A model generated the notes under the pieces. It searched no databases. It had not been told where the DNA came from and was given only the letters and a program-made list of their open reading frames with translations. The position numbers and the translations under genes were made by a program. Below, piece after piece: positions 1-16,000 of a stretch of 64,000 nt of DNA (the stretch's first letter is position 1; each line of letters begins with the position of its first letter). The stretch is from Eledone cirrhosa (Eukaryota), in the NCBI GenBank assembly GCA_964016885.1, contig OZ024740.1:365676001-365740000 (forward strand), in the 5' to 3' direction.

Positions 1-131
1 TCTTGACTCTGTATACCGTTTATCTTTCACCGAAATTGGATTTTCATTACATCTCTTCTTTCCATGATATCCGGAATACATTGAGTTCTTCATACGGATT
101 GGACACTACCGTAAACTCTTGGTAGATTTAT

Positions 132-2391
<2,260 letters not shown>

Positions 2392-2400
<9 letters not shown>

Positions 2401-2596
2401 AGATCAAAAGATGGTTAAAGGAGTTCAATATATTTTATTATGCGCATTTCAAAAACAAACATCATCAAAATATATTGAACTCCTTTAACCATCTTTTGAT
2501 CTTATATTATGCATACTCCAGTCCCACAAACTGTAGAGTGCTTCTTATCCGATATCTGCATTGCTTTATTGTACTACAATAAAACTCACCTCCTAC

Positions 2597-2598
<2 letters not shown>
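2392..2598 (-). mobile_element. Short PLE-like relic with a ~45-bp fold-back and a degenerate hammerhead motif
   Basis: Arms at 2392-2436 and 2467-2510 are inverted copies. Minus strand reads TTGATGA...GAAA-TGCGCA-TA. (TA)n on both sides. Confidence 0.5.
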
Positions 2599-3225
<627 letters not shown>

Positions 3226-3298
3226 TCTTTTACTCTTTTACCTGTTGCAGCCATCCGGCTGAGGCCATGCTGGGGCACCGCCCTTGTTGCTACACATT

Positions 3299-6200
3299 TT
3301 ATCTCCAGCCTGTATAGGTTGGCCACTGGTGTAGGAGGGAGTTTGTTGCTGCTGCCCTAGGTTTCCCCTCGTGTCTTGCTGTGGGCTCATCCGGGATCCT
3401 GGATAACAAGGTGTCGAGATGTTTCTTAAAGACATCCACCTCCACGTCATGCAAGTCTCGCAGATGCCTCGGCAGCCTGTTGAAGAGTTGAGGGCCCTTG
3501 AATCCCAGGCTATTGCAATACCTGCTCCTTATTCTAGATGTGGAAGACGGGACCTTTGGCACCACACAGTGACGTCCTGTTCGACGGTTGGTCCAGCTCC
3601 CAATGCCAAAGTTTGGTGCTAGTCCCTCCAGGATTTTCCACATGTAGATCACTGCGTATCTCTCCCGTCTTCGCTCCAAGGAGTAGAGGTTCAGTTCCTT
3701 CAGCCTCTCCCAGTAGCTTGTCTCCCTCATCTTGGCAATCCTCTTGGTGTAGCTTCGCTGGATTGCCTCAAGCTCTGTGGTTAGTTTGACACTATGGGGT
3801 GACCACAGCTGGGAGCAGTAGTCCAGGCGGCTTAGGACAAAAGTCCTCCACAGTGTCAACATGGTGTCTCGATCTCTTGTAAGGAAAGTCCTCAAGATCC
3901 AGCCAGCGAATCGTCTACATGCTGTCGCCACCTTCATGATGTGTGAAGAAAAAGATGCATCATCGCTCATGTCTATGCCCAGGTCTCGTATCGATTTTGA
4001 CACGGGGATATCGGTCCCTCCTGGTCCTGTGTAGCTGTGTTCCGCTATATTTGTGTTTGTGTTTGCAGGTTTGTATTGTAGGGCTTGGAATTTGCCAGCA
4101 TTAAACTGCATGTTGTTTTCTTCCGCCCATCTGTATATGGCATCCAGATCCTGCTGTAAGAGGGCAGCGTCAGCCGGGTTTTTGATTGCCTGTGCTACCT
4201 TAGTGTCATCAGCATAGCTAGTGAGGGATGTTGTTGCATGCACCACAGAGGGCATGTCCGAGAGAGCCACCAAAAACAGTAGTGGTCCCAGGACTGTCCC
4301 CTGAGGCACCCCACTTGTTATCGGTGTTTCCCTCGAGAGGGCCCCATTTGCTGCGACTGCCTGGCTTCTGTCCCTCAGGAAGCCATGCAGCCACTCACCT
4401 ACTTTTCCAGTTATGCCGAGTCCGTGTAGTTTGTGACATATCATTCCGTGGTCGACCTTGTCAAAGGCCTTCGCAAAGTCAAGATATATCACGTCTACAT
4501 GTGAGCTGTCTAGTAGCTGTCTCAGTACCCAGTCGTAGTGATGTAGCAGCTGTGTAAGGCAGCTTCTTCCTGGGCGGAAGCCATGTTGCGTGCTAGTCAG
4601 GCGGTCATTTTCTTCGAGGAAAGTGATTAGTTTCTTTCTGACGACTCGCTCCATGACCTTACTGATATGCGACGTCAGGGAGACTGGCCTATAGTTCTTG
4701 GCCTCCGCTCTACTACCTCCTTTATGGATAGGGCATATTGTGCCTTCTTTCAGCTCCCTGGGTAGTACACCGCTAGCCAAGGAGCTTCTGAAGAGCATCT
4801 TCAGTGGAGTTGCTAAGGCCTGCTTACATATTTTTAGGAGAACTGCTGGGAATCCATCAGGTCCAGCAGCCGAGTCTGTTCTAATTTCATCAATGGCGTA
4901 CACCACATCCTCCTCCGTTATGTCTATGTGGTTGATGGTTGCCATTTCTTGATGTAGTGTTGTGGCATCAAAGAACTCCTCTGGCTTCGTTATTTGCATG
5001 TGCCTCAGTGGACATGTGAAGACACTTTTGTACTGTTCGTTCAGTATTTCACATATCTCTTGGGGATTTTCGGTTAATGAATCGTCCGTGTGGAAGAGTG
5101 GTCCAATCTTGCAGTGTACTGAGGCAGTTTCTTTTGCAAATTTAAAGAAGGCCTTAGGGTTTGTTTTAATGTTTTCTATGGCCCTGTTCTCTTTCCTTGC
5201 CCTCTCATTCTCATCTGAAAGCTTGAGTGCAATCTCGGTGTCAAGTAGTGCACGTTTCAAATAGGATTCCTTCTTGTTTTGGTTTTGTTGACTATTCAAC
5301 TGGTTTGAGAGTTTAGTTCTACGTCTCATAAGGATTTTCCTATCTCTGGGAATAAGATTTTTGTGTCTGTTTGCCTCTTTCTCCGGGACACACTTTTTGC
5401 ATATGGTGTGTATCGTTGTCATGAAGTGTTGAAATTGTGTGTTAGTGTCTTGTGTGGCGATGTTTGCACTCCATGTTTGCTTCCGAATTTCACTCTTAAT
5501 CTTCTTCCAGTCAGCCCCGTAGAAGTTAAGGCTGGATAGCGTCCCGGAGCTTCTTGGTGGTTTTGTCTCTGTTGGTTCTCTTGGACCACATATCATTAGC
5601 TCTACCAAGTTATGATCCGAGAGAATTGTTGGTGTCACCTTTACATTGTGGATGAGCACTTCGTTGTTTGTAAAACAGAGGTCCAGGACATTTTCGCCTC
5701 TTGTTGGGAGGAGTATTGCTTGCTCCATGAACAGCCTCTGTGTGAGGGCCAGCAGGGATTCCGTCTGTCTCTGTTCTATTGACGTCATTCCAGGGAGGAG
5801 GTGGCCCTCAGGCCATTTGACCTTTGGTAGGTTGAAGTCTCCCAGCAGTAGGATGTTGAGACCCTGGTCCAGTTTGTCAAGGACCTCTTCTATCCTACTT
5901 AGGCTATCCTCAAATTTACCCTCATGACTGGGGGCATCGGGCGGCCGATATGTGACACATATTACCGTCTGTAGTTGCTTCATATGTATTATCAGTGTGT
6001 CACAGACTGAGTTTGAATGTGTCAACAGTACAATTGGTGTGACATCTTCACGGATATACAGAGCAACCCCACCATGAGTTCTCTCCTTCCTGTCCGAACG
6101 AAATACAGTATATTTCGGTATATGTATTTCTGCATCTGCTATACTGCTTGTCAGGTGCGTTTCGGTTAGTGCCATGCATAGTGCTTGATTGCTTATGGCT

Positions 6201-6340
6201 AAGTCTCCCAGGTAGGAAATTTTACTCATGTTGCTGAGTTTCACCAGGCCCCTGACATTCAGCAGCAGCACTGGTGTGACTTTTGGGGTGCCAGTAATGG
6301 CTGTCGGTATGACACCTGGTCTGGTGTCAGCGGCGGCCAC
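3299..6340 (-). CDS. LINE ORF2: apurinic-like endonuclease plus reverse transcriptase, uninterrupted 1013 aa (true start uncertain)
   Basis: Motifs LLNVRGL, LTETHL, YRPP, GDFNLP, SDHN; [37 protein letters not shown]. Confidence 0.95.
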   Translation of the reverse strand: MAAADTRPGVIPTAITGTPKVTPVLLLNVRGLVKLSNMSKISYLGDLAISNQALCMALTETHLTSSIADAEIHIPKYTVFRSDRKERTHGGVALYIREDVTPIVLLTHSNSVCDTLIIHMKQLQTVICVTYRPPDAPSHEGKFEDSLSRIEEVLDKLDQGLNILLLGDFNLPKVKWPEGHLLPGMTSIEQRQTESLLALTQRLFMEQAILLPTRGENVLDLCFTNNEVLIHNVKVTPTILSDHNLVELMICGPREPTETKPPRSSGTLSSLNFYGADWKKIKSEIRKQTWSANIATQDTNTQFQHFMTTIHTICKKCVPEKEANRHKNLIPRDRKILMRRRTKLSNQLNSQQNQNKKESYLKRALLDTEIALKLSDENERARKENRAIENIKTNPKAFFKFAKETASVHCKIGPLFHTDDSLTENPQEICEILNEQYKSVFTCPLRHMQITKPEEFFDATTLHQEMATINHIDITEEDVVYAIDEIRTDSAAGPDGFPAVLLKICKQALATPLKMLFRSSLASGVLPRELKEGTICPIHKGGSRAEAKNYRPVSLTSHISKVMERVVRKKLITFLEENDRLTSTQHGFRPGRSCLTQLLHHYDWVLRQLLDSSHVDVIYLDFAKAFDKVDHGMICHKLHGLGITGKVGEWLHGFLRDRSQAVAANGALSRETPITSGVPQGTVLGPLLFLVALSDMPSVVHATTSLTSYADDTKVAQAIKNPADAALLQQDLDAIYRWAEENNMQFNAGKFQALQYKPANTNTNIAEHSYTGPGGTDIPVSKSIRDLGIDMSDDASFSSHIMKVATACRRFAGWILRTFLTRDRDTMLTLWRTFVLSRLDYCSQLWSPHSVKLTTELEAIQRSYTKRIAKMRETSYWERLKELNLYSLERRRERYAVIYMWKILEGLAPNFGIGSWTNRRTGRHCVVPKVPSSTSRIRSRYCNSLGFKGPQLFNRLPRHLRDLHDVEVDVFKKHLDTLLSRIPDEPTARHEGKPRAAATNSLLHQWPTYTGWR

Positions 6341-6792
6341 TCTGGGTCCCTTAACTGCGGTGGTCTCGAGTGCTGGTGTGGATGACCCTGGCTCTGGAGA
6401 CGATGCAGCCAGGTCAGCTGTGCCACAATCTTCTCTGCCATCACTAAAAAATTTTTCTGATCTGCTGCTGCCATCTGTATCTCGTCGGCATGTGCGTGCC
6501 TTCTCCTCGTTGGTGCAGCACGCGCGACATCAGCATACTTCTGGAGCGGCTTATTTCGGCTTTGGCTGGGGCATGTTGCGCGAGTATGATGGGCATAGTT
6601 CGTTTGAGACCTAGGGTGGGCGAATCTGCATCCCATCCCTGTCTCTCCATGCCAGCATGTCCCGTTCTTGAAAAACTTGCACATTACTTGGGGTTTTTTG
6701 CTCCCAGTGTCTCGGTGCTTCTGTTCTTTCTTTGAACAGTTGTCCACTGGTCCCTCTGCGCTTGGTTCTCCTTCGGAAGGTGATTTCGCTTT
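6259..6792 (-). CDS. LINE ORF1 C-terminal part with a CCCH-type zinc finger
   Basis: CKFFKNGTCWHGETGMGCRFAH (C-x7-C-x8-C-x3-H) at 6616-6681. Overlaps the ORF2 start. Frame closed by TGA at 6793-6795. Confidence 0.6.
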   Translation of the reverse strand, partial: KAKSPSEGEPSAEGPVDNCSKKEQKHRDTGSKKPQVMCKFFKNGTCWHGETGMGCRFAHPRSQTNYAHHTRATCPSQSRNKPLQKYADVARAAPTRRRHAHADEIQMAAADQKNFLVMAEKIVAQLTWLHRLQSQGHPHQHSRPPQLRDPEWPPLTPDQVSYRQPLLAPQKSHQCCC

Positions 6793-6831
6793 TCACCTTT
6801 GCCCTTAGCTTGTTGGTTGCCCGGCCTGCCC

Positions 6832-7031
6832 NNNNNNNNNNNNNNNNNNNNNNNNNNNNNNNNNNNNNNNNNNNNNNNNNNNNNNNNNNNNNNNNNNNNN
6901 NNNNNNNNNNNNNNNNNNNNNNNNNNNNNNNNNNNNNNNNNNNNNNNNNNNNNNNNNNNNNNNNNNNNNNNNNNNNNNNNNNNNNNNNNNNNNNNNNNNN
7001 NNNNNNNNNNNNNNNNNNNNNNNNNNNNNNN
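6832..7031. other. Assembly gap (200 N)
   Basis: Run of N of fixed placeholder length; true size unknown. Confidence 1.
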
Positions 7032-10000
7032 CCCAGAAATAGCGAGTTGGCGATTTTGATTAATTTTGGTAGGATTTTATCTTATATGTATAGAGAGGGA
7101 GGGGGGGGGGGGGGGCAGGAACCAGCATGATGAATGGGTAGGGGGTAGAATATGGGATGGAGCAGAGGTTAAAAGTTTAAATAGGTACTCGAAGATTTGC
7201 GTAAAACTTAGCAAGTTTAACAAATTATATTTAAAGGAATATATAATAGTGATAGCGAGAATGTAAGGTTTAAGATAAGATCGCCGTATTTTGGGCATGA
7301 TTTAACAATAAACGAAAATACAAGATTTGTTTTGTTTAAGAAATTACGATAGAGAAAATGCGGTGATAGGGGAAATATGATTTTTAGAGAAAAGATATGA
7401 TATAGAATGGTGAAAATATGATATAGTGTGAAATTAGGACATAGAAGTGATTGAATGAATGGGTTCGAATGGAGAGAAGAATCGAGAAAAAATTGGGCAT
7501 AATTTAACAATAAACGAAAATACAAGATTTGTTTTGTTTAAGAAAATACGGTAGAGAAAATGCGGTGATAGGGGAAATATGATTTTTAGAGAAAAGATAT
7601 GATATAGAATGGTGAAAATATGATATAGTGTGAAATTAGGACATAGAAGTGATTGAATGAATGGGTTCGAATGGAGAGAAGAATCGAGAAAAATTTGAAC
7701 GTTACTTTATACCGAAGGGAACAGCCATCCCAGAAATAGCGAGTTGGCGATTTTGATTAATTTTGGTAGGGTTTTATCTTATATGTATAGAGAGGGAGGG
7801 GGGGGGGGGGCAGGAACCAGCATGATGAATGGGTAGGGGGTAGAATATGGGATGGAGCAGAGGTTTAAAGTTTAAATAGGTACTCGAAGATTTGCGTAAA
7901 ACTTAGCAAGTTTAACAAATTATATTTAAAGGAATATATAATAGTGATAGCGAGAATGTAAGGTTTAAGATAAGATCGCCGTATTTTGGGCATGATTTAA
8001 CAATAAACGAAAATACAAGATTTGTTTTGTTTAAGAAATTACGATAGAGAAAATGCGGTGATAGGGGAAATATGATTTTTAGAGAAAAGATATGATATAG
8101 AATGGTGAAAATATGATATAGTGTGAAATTAGGACATAGAAGTGATTGAATGAATGGGTTCGAATGGAGAGAAGAATCGAGAAAAAATTGGGCATAATTT
8201 AACAATAAACGAAAATACAAGATTTGTTTTGTTTAAGAAAATACGGTAGAGAAAATGCGGTGATAGGGGAAATATGATTTTTAGAGAAAAGATATGATAT
8301 AGAATGGTGAAAATATGATATAGTGTGAAATTAGGACATAGAAGTGATTGAATGAATGGGTTCGAATGGAGAGAAGAATCGAGAAAAATTTGAACGTTAC
8401 TTTATACCGAAGGGAACAGCCATCCCAGAAATAGCGAGTTGGCGATTTTGATTAATTTTGGTAGGGTTTTATCTTATATGTATAGAGAGGGAGGGGGGGG
8501 GGGGGCAGGAACCAGCATGATGAATGGGTAGGGGGTAGAATATGGGATGGAGCAGAGGTTAAAAGTTTAAATAGGTACTCGAAGATTTGCGTAAAACTTA
8601 GCAAGTTTAACAAATTATATTTAAAGGAATATATAATAGTGATAGCGAGAATGTAAGGTTTAAGATAAGATCGCCGTATTTTGGGCATGATTTAACAATA
8701 AACGAAAATACAAGATTTGTTTTGTTTAAGAAATTACGATAGAGAAAATGCGGTGATAGGGGAAATATGATTTTTAGAGAAAAGATATGATATAGAATGG
8801 TGAAAATATGATATAGTGTGAAATTAGGACATAGAAGTGATTGAATGAATGGGTTCGAATGGAGAGAAGAATCGAGAAAAAATTGGGCATAATTTAACAA
8901 TAAACGAAAATACAAGATTTGTTTTGTTTAAGAAAATACGGTAGAGAAAATGCGGTGATAGGGGAAATATGATTTTTAGAGAAAAGATATGATATAGAAT
9001 GGTGAAAATATGATATAGTGTGAAATTAGGACATAGAAGTGATTGAATGAATGGGTTCGAATGGAGAGAAGAATCGAGAAAAATTTGAACGTTACTTTAT
9101 ACCGAAGGGAACAGCCATCCCAGAAATAGCGAGTTGGCGATTTTGATTAATTTTGGTAGGGTTTTATCTTATATGTATAGAGAGGGAGGGGGGGGGGGGG
9201 CAGGAACCAGCATGATGAATGGGTAGGGGGTAGAATATGGGATGGAGCAGAGGTTTAAAGTTTAAATAGGTACTCGAAGATTTGCGTAAAACTTAGCAAG
9301 TTTAACAAATTATATTTAAAGGAATATATAATAGTGATAGCGAGAATGTAAGGTTTAAGATAAGATCGCCGTATTTTGGGCATGATTTAACAATAAACGA
9401 AAATACAAGATTTGTTTTGTTTAAGAAATTACGATAGAGAAAATGCGGTGATAGGGGAAATATGATTTTTAGAGAAAAGATATGATATAGAATGGTGAAA
9501 ATATGATATAGTGTGAAATTAGGACATAGAAGTGATTGAATGAATGGGTTCGAATGGAGAGAAGAATCGAGAAAAAATTGGGCATAATTTAACAATAAAC
9601 GAAAATACAAGATTTGTTTTGTTTAAGAAAATACGGTAGAGAAAATGCGGTGATAGGGGAAATATGATTTTTAGAGAAAAGATATGATATAGAATGGTGA
9701 AAATATGATATAGTGTGAAATTAGGACATAGAAGTGATTGAATGAATGGGTTCGAATGGAGAGAAGAATCGAGAAAAATTTGAACGTTACTTTATACCGA
9801 AGGGAACAGCCATCCCAGAAATAGCGAGTTGGCGATTTTGATTAATTTTGGTAGGGTTTTATCTTATATGTATAGAGAGGGAGGGGGGGGGGGGCAGGAA
9901 CCAGCATGATGAATGGGTAGGGGGTAGAATATGGGATGGAGCAGAGGTTAAAAGTTTAAATAGGTACTCGAAGATTTGCGTAAAACTTAGCAAGTTTAAC

Positions 10001-13000
10001 AAATTATATTTAAAGGAATATATAATAGTGATAGCGAGAATGTAAGGTTTAAGATAAGATCGCCGTATTTTGGGCATGATTTAACAATAAACGAAAATAC
10101 AAGATTTGTTTTGTTTAAGAAATTACGATAGAGAAAATGCGGTGATAGGGGAAATATGATTTTTAGAGAAAAGATATGATATAGAATGGTGAAAATATGA
10201 TATAGTGTGAAATTAGGACATAGAAGTGATTGAATGAATGGGTTCGAATGGAGAGAAGAATCGAGAAAAAATTGGGCATAATTTAACAATAAACGAAAAT
10301 ACAAGATTTGTTTTGTTTAAGAAAATACGGTAGAGAAAATGCGGTGATAGGGGAAATATAATTTTTAGAGAAAAGATATGATATAGAATGGTGAAAATAT
10401 GATATAGTGTGAAATTAGGACATAGAAGTGATTGAATGAATGGGTTCGAATGGAGAGAAGAATCGAGAAAAATTTGAACGTTACTTTATACCGAAGGGAA
10501 CAGCCATCCCAGAAATAGCGAGTTGGCGATTTTGATTAATTTTGGTAGGGTTTTATCTTATATGTATAGAGAGGGAGGGGGGGGGGGCAGGAACCAGCAT
10601 GATGAATGGGTAGGGGGTAGAATATGGGATGGAGCAGAGGTTAAAAGTTTAAATAGGTACTCGAAGATTTGCGTAAAACTTAGCAAGTTTAACAAATTAT
10701 ATTTAAAGGAATATATAATAGTGATAGCGAGAATGTAAGGTTTAAGATAAGATCGCCGTATTTTGGGCATGATTTAACAATAAACGAAAATACAAGATTT
10801 GTTTTGTTTAAGAAATTACGATAGAGAAAATGCGGTGATATGGGAAATATGATTTTTAGAGAAAAGATATGATATTGTTAGCGAGAATGTAAGGTTTAAG
10901 ATAAGATCGCCGTATTTTGGGCATGATTTAACAATAAACGAAAATACAAGATTGTTTTGTTTAAGAAATTACGATAGAGAAAATGCGGTGATAGGGGAAA
11001 TATGATTTTTAGAGAAAAGATATGATATAGAATGGTGAAAATATGATATAGTGTGAAATTAGGACATAGAAGTGATTGAATGAATGGGTTCGAATGGAGA
11101 GAAGAATCGAGAAAAAAATTGGGCATAATTTAACAATAAACGAAAATACAAGATTTGTTTTGTTTAAGAAAATACGGTAGAGAAAATGCGGTGATGGGGG
11201 AAATATGATTTTTAGAGAAAAGATATGATATAGAATGGTGAAAATATGATATAGTGTGAAATTAGGACATAGAAGTGATTGAATGAATGGGTTCGAATGG
11301 AGAGAAGAATCGAGAAAAATTTGAACGTTACTTTATACCGAAGGGAACAGCCATCCCAGAAATAGCGAGTTGGCGATTTTGATTAATTTTGGTAGGATTT
11401 TATCTTATATGTATAGAGAGGGAGGGGGGGGGGGGCAGGAACCAGCATGATGAATGGGTAGGGGGTAGAATATGGGATGGAGCAGAGGTTAAAAGTTTAA
11501 ATAGGTACTCGAAGATTTGCGTAAAACTTAGCAAGTTTAACAAATTATATTTAAAGGAATATATAATAGTGATAGCGAGAATGTAAGGTTTAAGATAAGA
11601 TCGCCGTATTTTGGGCATGATTTAACAATAAACGAAAATACAAGATTTGTTTTGTTTAAGAAATTACGATAGAGAAAATGCGGTGATAGGGGAAATATGA
11701 TTTTTAGAGAAAAGATATGATATAGAATGGTGAAAATATGATATAGTGTGAAATTAGGACATAGAAGTGATTGAATGAATGGGTTCGAATGGAGAGAAGA
11801 ATCGAGAAAAAATTGGGCATAATTTAACAATAAACGAAAATACAAGATTTGTTTTGTTTAAGAAAATACGGTAGAGAAAATGCGGTGATAGGGGAAATAT
11901 GATTTTTAGAGAAAAGATATGATATAGAATGGTGAAAATATGATATAGTGTGAAATTAGGACATAGAAGTGATTGAATGAATGGGTTCGAATGGAGAGAA
12001 GAATCGAGAAAAATTTGAACGTTACTTTATACCGAAGGGAACAGCCATCCCAGAAATAGCGAGTTGGCGATTTTGATTAATTTTGGTAGGGTTTTATCTT
12101 ATATGTATAGAGAGGGAGGGGGGGGGGGCAGGAACCAGCATGATGAATGGGTAGGGGGTAGAATATGGGATGGAGCAGAGGTTTAAAGTTTAAATAGGTA
12201 CTCGAAGATTTGCGTAAAACTTAGCAAGTTTAACAAATTATATTTAAAGGAATATATAATAGTGATAGCGAGAATGTAAGGTTTAAGATAAGATCGCCGT
12301 ATTTTGGGCATGATTTAACAATAAACGAAAATACAAGATTTGTTTTGTTTAAGAAATTACGATAGAGAAAATGCGGTGATAGGGGAAATATGATTTTTAG
12401 AGAAAAGATATGATATAGAATGGTGAAAATATGATATAGTGTGAAATTAGGACATAGAAGTGATTGAATGAATGGGTTCGAATGGAGAGAAGAATCGAGA
12501 AAAAATTGGGCATAATTTAACAATAAACGAAAATACAAGATTTGTTTTGTTTAAGAAAATACGGTAGAGAAAATGCGGTGATAGGGGAAATATGATTTTT
12601 AGAGAAAAGATATGATATAGAATGGTGAAAATATGATATAGTGTGAAATTAGGACATAGAAGTGATTGAATGAATGGGTTCGAATGGAGAGAAGAATCGA
12701 GAAAAATTTGAACGTTACTTTATACCGAAGGGAACAGCCATCCCAGAAATAGCGAGTTGGCGATTTTGATTAATTTTGGTAGGGTTTTATCTTATATGTA
12801 TAGAGAGGGAGGGGGGGGGGGGGCAGAAACCAGCATGATGAATGGGTAGGGGGTAGAATATGGGATGGAGCAGAGGTTAAAAGTTTAAATAGGTACTCGA
12901 AGATTTGCGTAAAACTTAGCAAGTTTAACAAATTATATTTAAAGGAATATATAATAGTGATAGCGAGAATGTAAGGTTTAAGATAAGATCGCCGTATTTT

Positions 13001-16000
13001 GGGCATGATTTAACAATAAACGAAAATACAAGATTTGTTTTGTTTAAGAAATTACGATAGAGAAAATGCGGTGATATGGGAAATATGATTTTTAGAGAAA
13101 AGATATGATATTGTTAGCGAGAATGTAAGGTTTAAGATAAGATCGCCGTATTTTGGGCATGATTTAACAATAAACGAAAATACAAGATTGTTTTGTTTAA
13201 GAAATTACGATAGAGAAAATGCGGTGATAGGGGAAATATGATTTTTAGAGAAAAGATATGATATAGAATGGTGAAAATATGATATAGTGTGAAATTAGGA
13301 CATAGAAGTGATTGAATGAATGGGTTCGAATGGAGAGAAGAATCGAGAAAAAAATTGGGCATAATTTAACAATAAACGAAAATACAAGATTTGTTTTGTT
13401 TAAGAAAATACGGTAGAGAAAATGCGGTGATGGGGGAAATATGATTTTTAGAGAAAAGATATGATATAGAATGGTGAAAATATGATATAGTGTGAAATTA
13501 GGACATAGAAGTGATTGAATGAATGGGTTCGAATGGAGAGAAGAATCGAGAAAAATTTGAACGTTACTTTATACCGAAGGGAACAGCCATCCCAGAAATA
13601 GCGAGTTGGCGATTTTGATTAATTTTGGTAGGATTTTATCTTATATGTATAGAGAGGGAGGGGGGGGGGGGGCAGGAACCAGCATGATGAATGGGTAGGG
13701 GGTAGAATATGGGATGGAGCAGAGGTTAAAAGTTTAAATAGGTACTCGAAGATTTGCGTAAAACTTAGCAAGTTTAACAAATTATATTTAAAGGAATATA
13801 TAATAGTGATAGCGAGAATGTAAGGTTTAAGATAAGATCGCCGTATTTTGGGCATGATTTAACAATAAACGAAAATACAAGATTTGTTTTGTTTAAGAAA
13901 TTACGATAGAGAAAATGCGGTGATATGGGAAATATGATTTTTAGAGAAAAGATATGATATTGTTAGCGAGAATGTAAGGTTTAAGATAAGATCGCCGTAT
14001 TTTGGGCATGATTTAACAATAAACGAAAAAACAAGATTGTTTTGTTTAAGAAATTACGATAGAGAAAATGCGGTGATAGGGGAAATATGATTTTTAGAGA
14101 AAAGATATGATATAGAATGGTGAAAATATGATATAGTGTGAAATTAGGACATAGAAGTGATTGAATGAATGGGTTCGAATGGAGAGAAGAATCGAGAAAA
14201 AAATTGGGCATAATTTAACAATAAACGAAAATACAAGATTTGTTTTGTTTAAGAAAATACGGTAGAGAAAATGCGGTGATGGGGGAAATATGATTTTTAG
14301 AGAAAAGATATGATATAGAATGGTGAAAATATGATATAGTGTGAAATTAGGACATAGAAGTGATTGAATGAATGGGTTCGAATGGAGAGAAGAATCGAGA
14401 AAAATTTGAACGTTACTTTATACCGAAGGGAACAGCCATCCCAGAAATAGCGAGTTGGCGATTTTGATTAATTTTGGTAGGATTTTATCTTATATGTATA
14501 GAGAGGGAGGGGGGGGGGGGCAGGAACCAGCATGATGAATGGGTAGGGGGTAGAATATGGGATGGAGCAGAGGTTAAAAGTTTAAATAGGTACTCGAAGA
14601 TTTGCGTAAAACTTAGCAAGTTTAACAAATTATATTTAAAGGAATATATAATAGTGATAGCGAGAATGTAAGGTTTAAGATAAGATCGCCGTATTTTGGG
14701 CATGATTTAACAATAAACGAAAATACAAGATTTGTTTTGTTTAAGAAATTACGATAGAGAAAATGCGGTGATAGGGGAAATATGATTTTTAGAGAAAAGA
14801 TATGATATAGAATGGTGAAAATATGATATAGTGTGAAATTAGGACATAGAAGTGATTGAATGAATGGGTTCGAATGGAGAGAAGAATCGAGAAAAAATTG
14901 GGCATAATTTAACAATAAACGAAAATACAAGATTTGTTTTGTTTAAGAAAATACGGTAGAGAAAATGCGGTGATAGGGGAAATATGATTTTTAGAGAAAA
15001 GATATGATATAGAATGGTGAAAATATGATATAGTGTGAAATTAGGACATAGAAGTGATTGAATGAATGGGTTCGAATGGAGAGAAGAATCGAGAAAAATT
15101 TGAACGTTACTTTATACCGAAGGGAACAGCCATCCCAGAAATAGCGAGTTGGCGATTTTGATTAATTTTGGTAGGGTTTTATCTTATATGTATAGAGAGG
15201 GAGGGGGGGGGCAGGAACCAGCATGATGAATGGGTAGGGGGTAGAATATGGGATGGAGCAGAGGTTTAAAGTTTAAATAGGTACTCGAAGATTTGCGTAA
15301 AACTTAGCAAGTTTAACAAATTATATTTAAAGGAATATATAATAGTGATAGCGAGAATGTAAGGTTTAAGATAAGATCGCCGTATTTTGGGCATGATTTA
15401 ACAATAAACGAAAATACAAGATTTGTTTTGTTTAAGAAATTACGATAGAGAAAATGCGGTGATAGGGGAAATATGATTTTTAGAGAAAAGATATGATATA
15501 GAATGGTGAAAATATGATATAGTGTGAAATTAGGACATAGAAGTGATTGAATGAATGGGTTCGAATGGAGAGAAGAATCGAGAAAAAATTGGGCATAATT
15601 TAACAATAAACGAAAATACAAGATTTGTTTTGTTTAAGAAAATACGGTAGAGAAAATGCGGTGATAGGGGAAATATGATTTTTAGAGAAAAGATATGATA
15701 TAGAATGGTGAAAATATGATATAGTGTGAAATTAGGACATAGAAGTGATTGAATGAATGGGTTCGAATGGAGAGAAGAATCGAGAAAAATTTGAACGTTA
15801 CTTTATACCGAAGGGAACAGCCATCCCAGAAATAGCGAGTTGGCGATTTTGATTAATTTTGGTAGGGTTTTATCTTATATGTATAGAGAGGGAGGGGGGG
15901 GGGCAGGAACCAGCATGATGAATGGGTAGGGGGTAGAATATGGGATGGAGCAGAGGTTAAAAGTTTAAATAGGTACTCGAAGATTTGCGTAAAACTTAGC

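Noticed and set aside
1-134. Possible host exon at the window start
   Set aside because: No recognisable translation in any frame; too short to support
3419-6614. Plus-strand ORFs over the LINE (and antisense ORFs over other TEs)
   Set aside because: Shadow frames opposite real TE coding sequence
6831-7032. Satellite as the physical 5' end of CR1 copy 1
   Set aside because: Separated by a gap of unknown size, and the only in-window homologue sits upstream of an RTE element, not a CR1
7186-7222. Hammerhead-like TCGAAGA-TTGC...GCAA in the satellite monomer
   Set aside because: No GAAA, stem III or cleavage triplet follows
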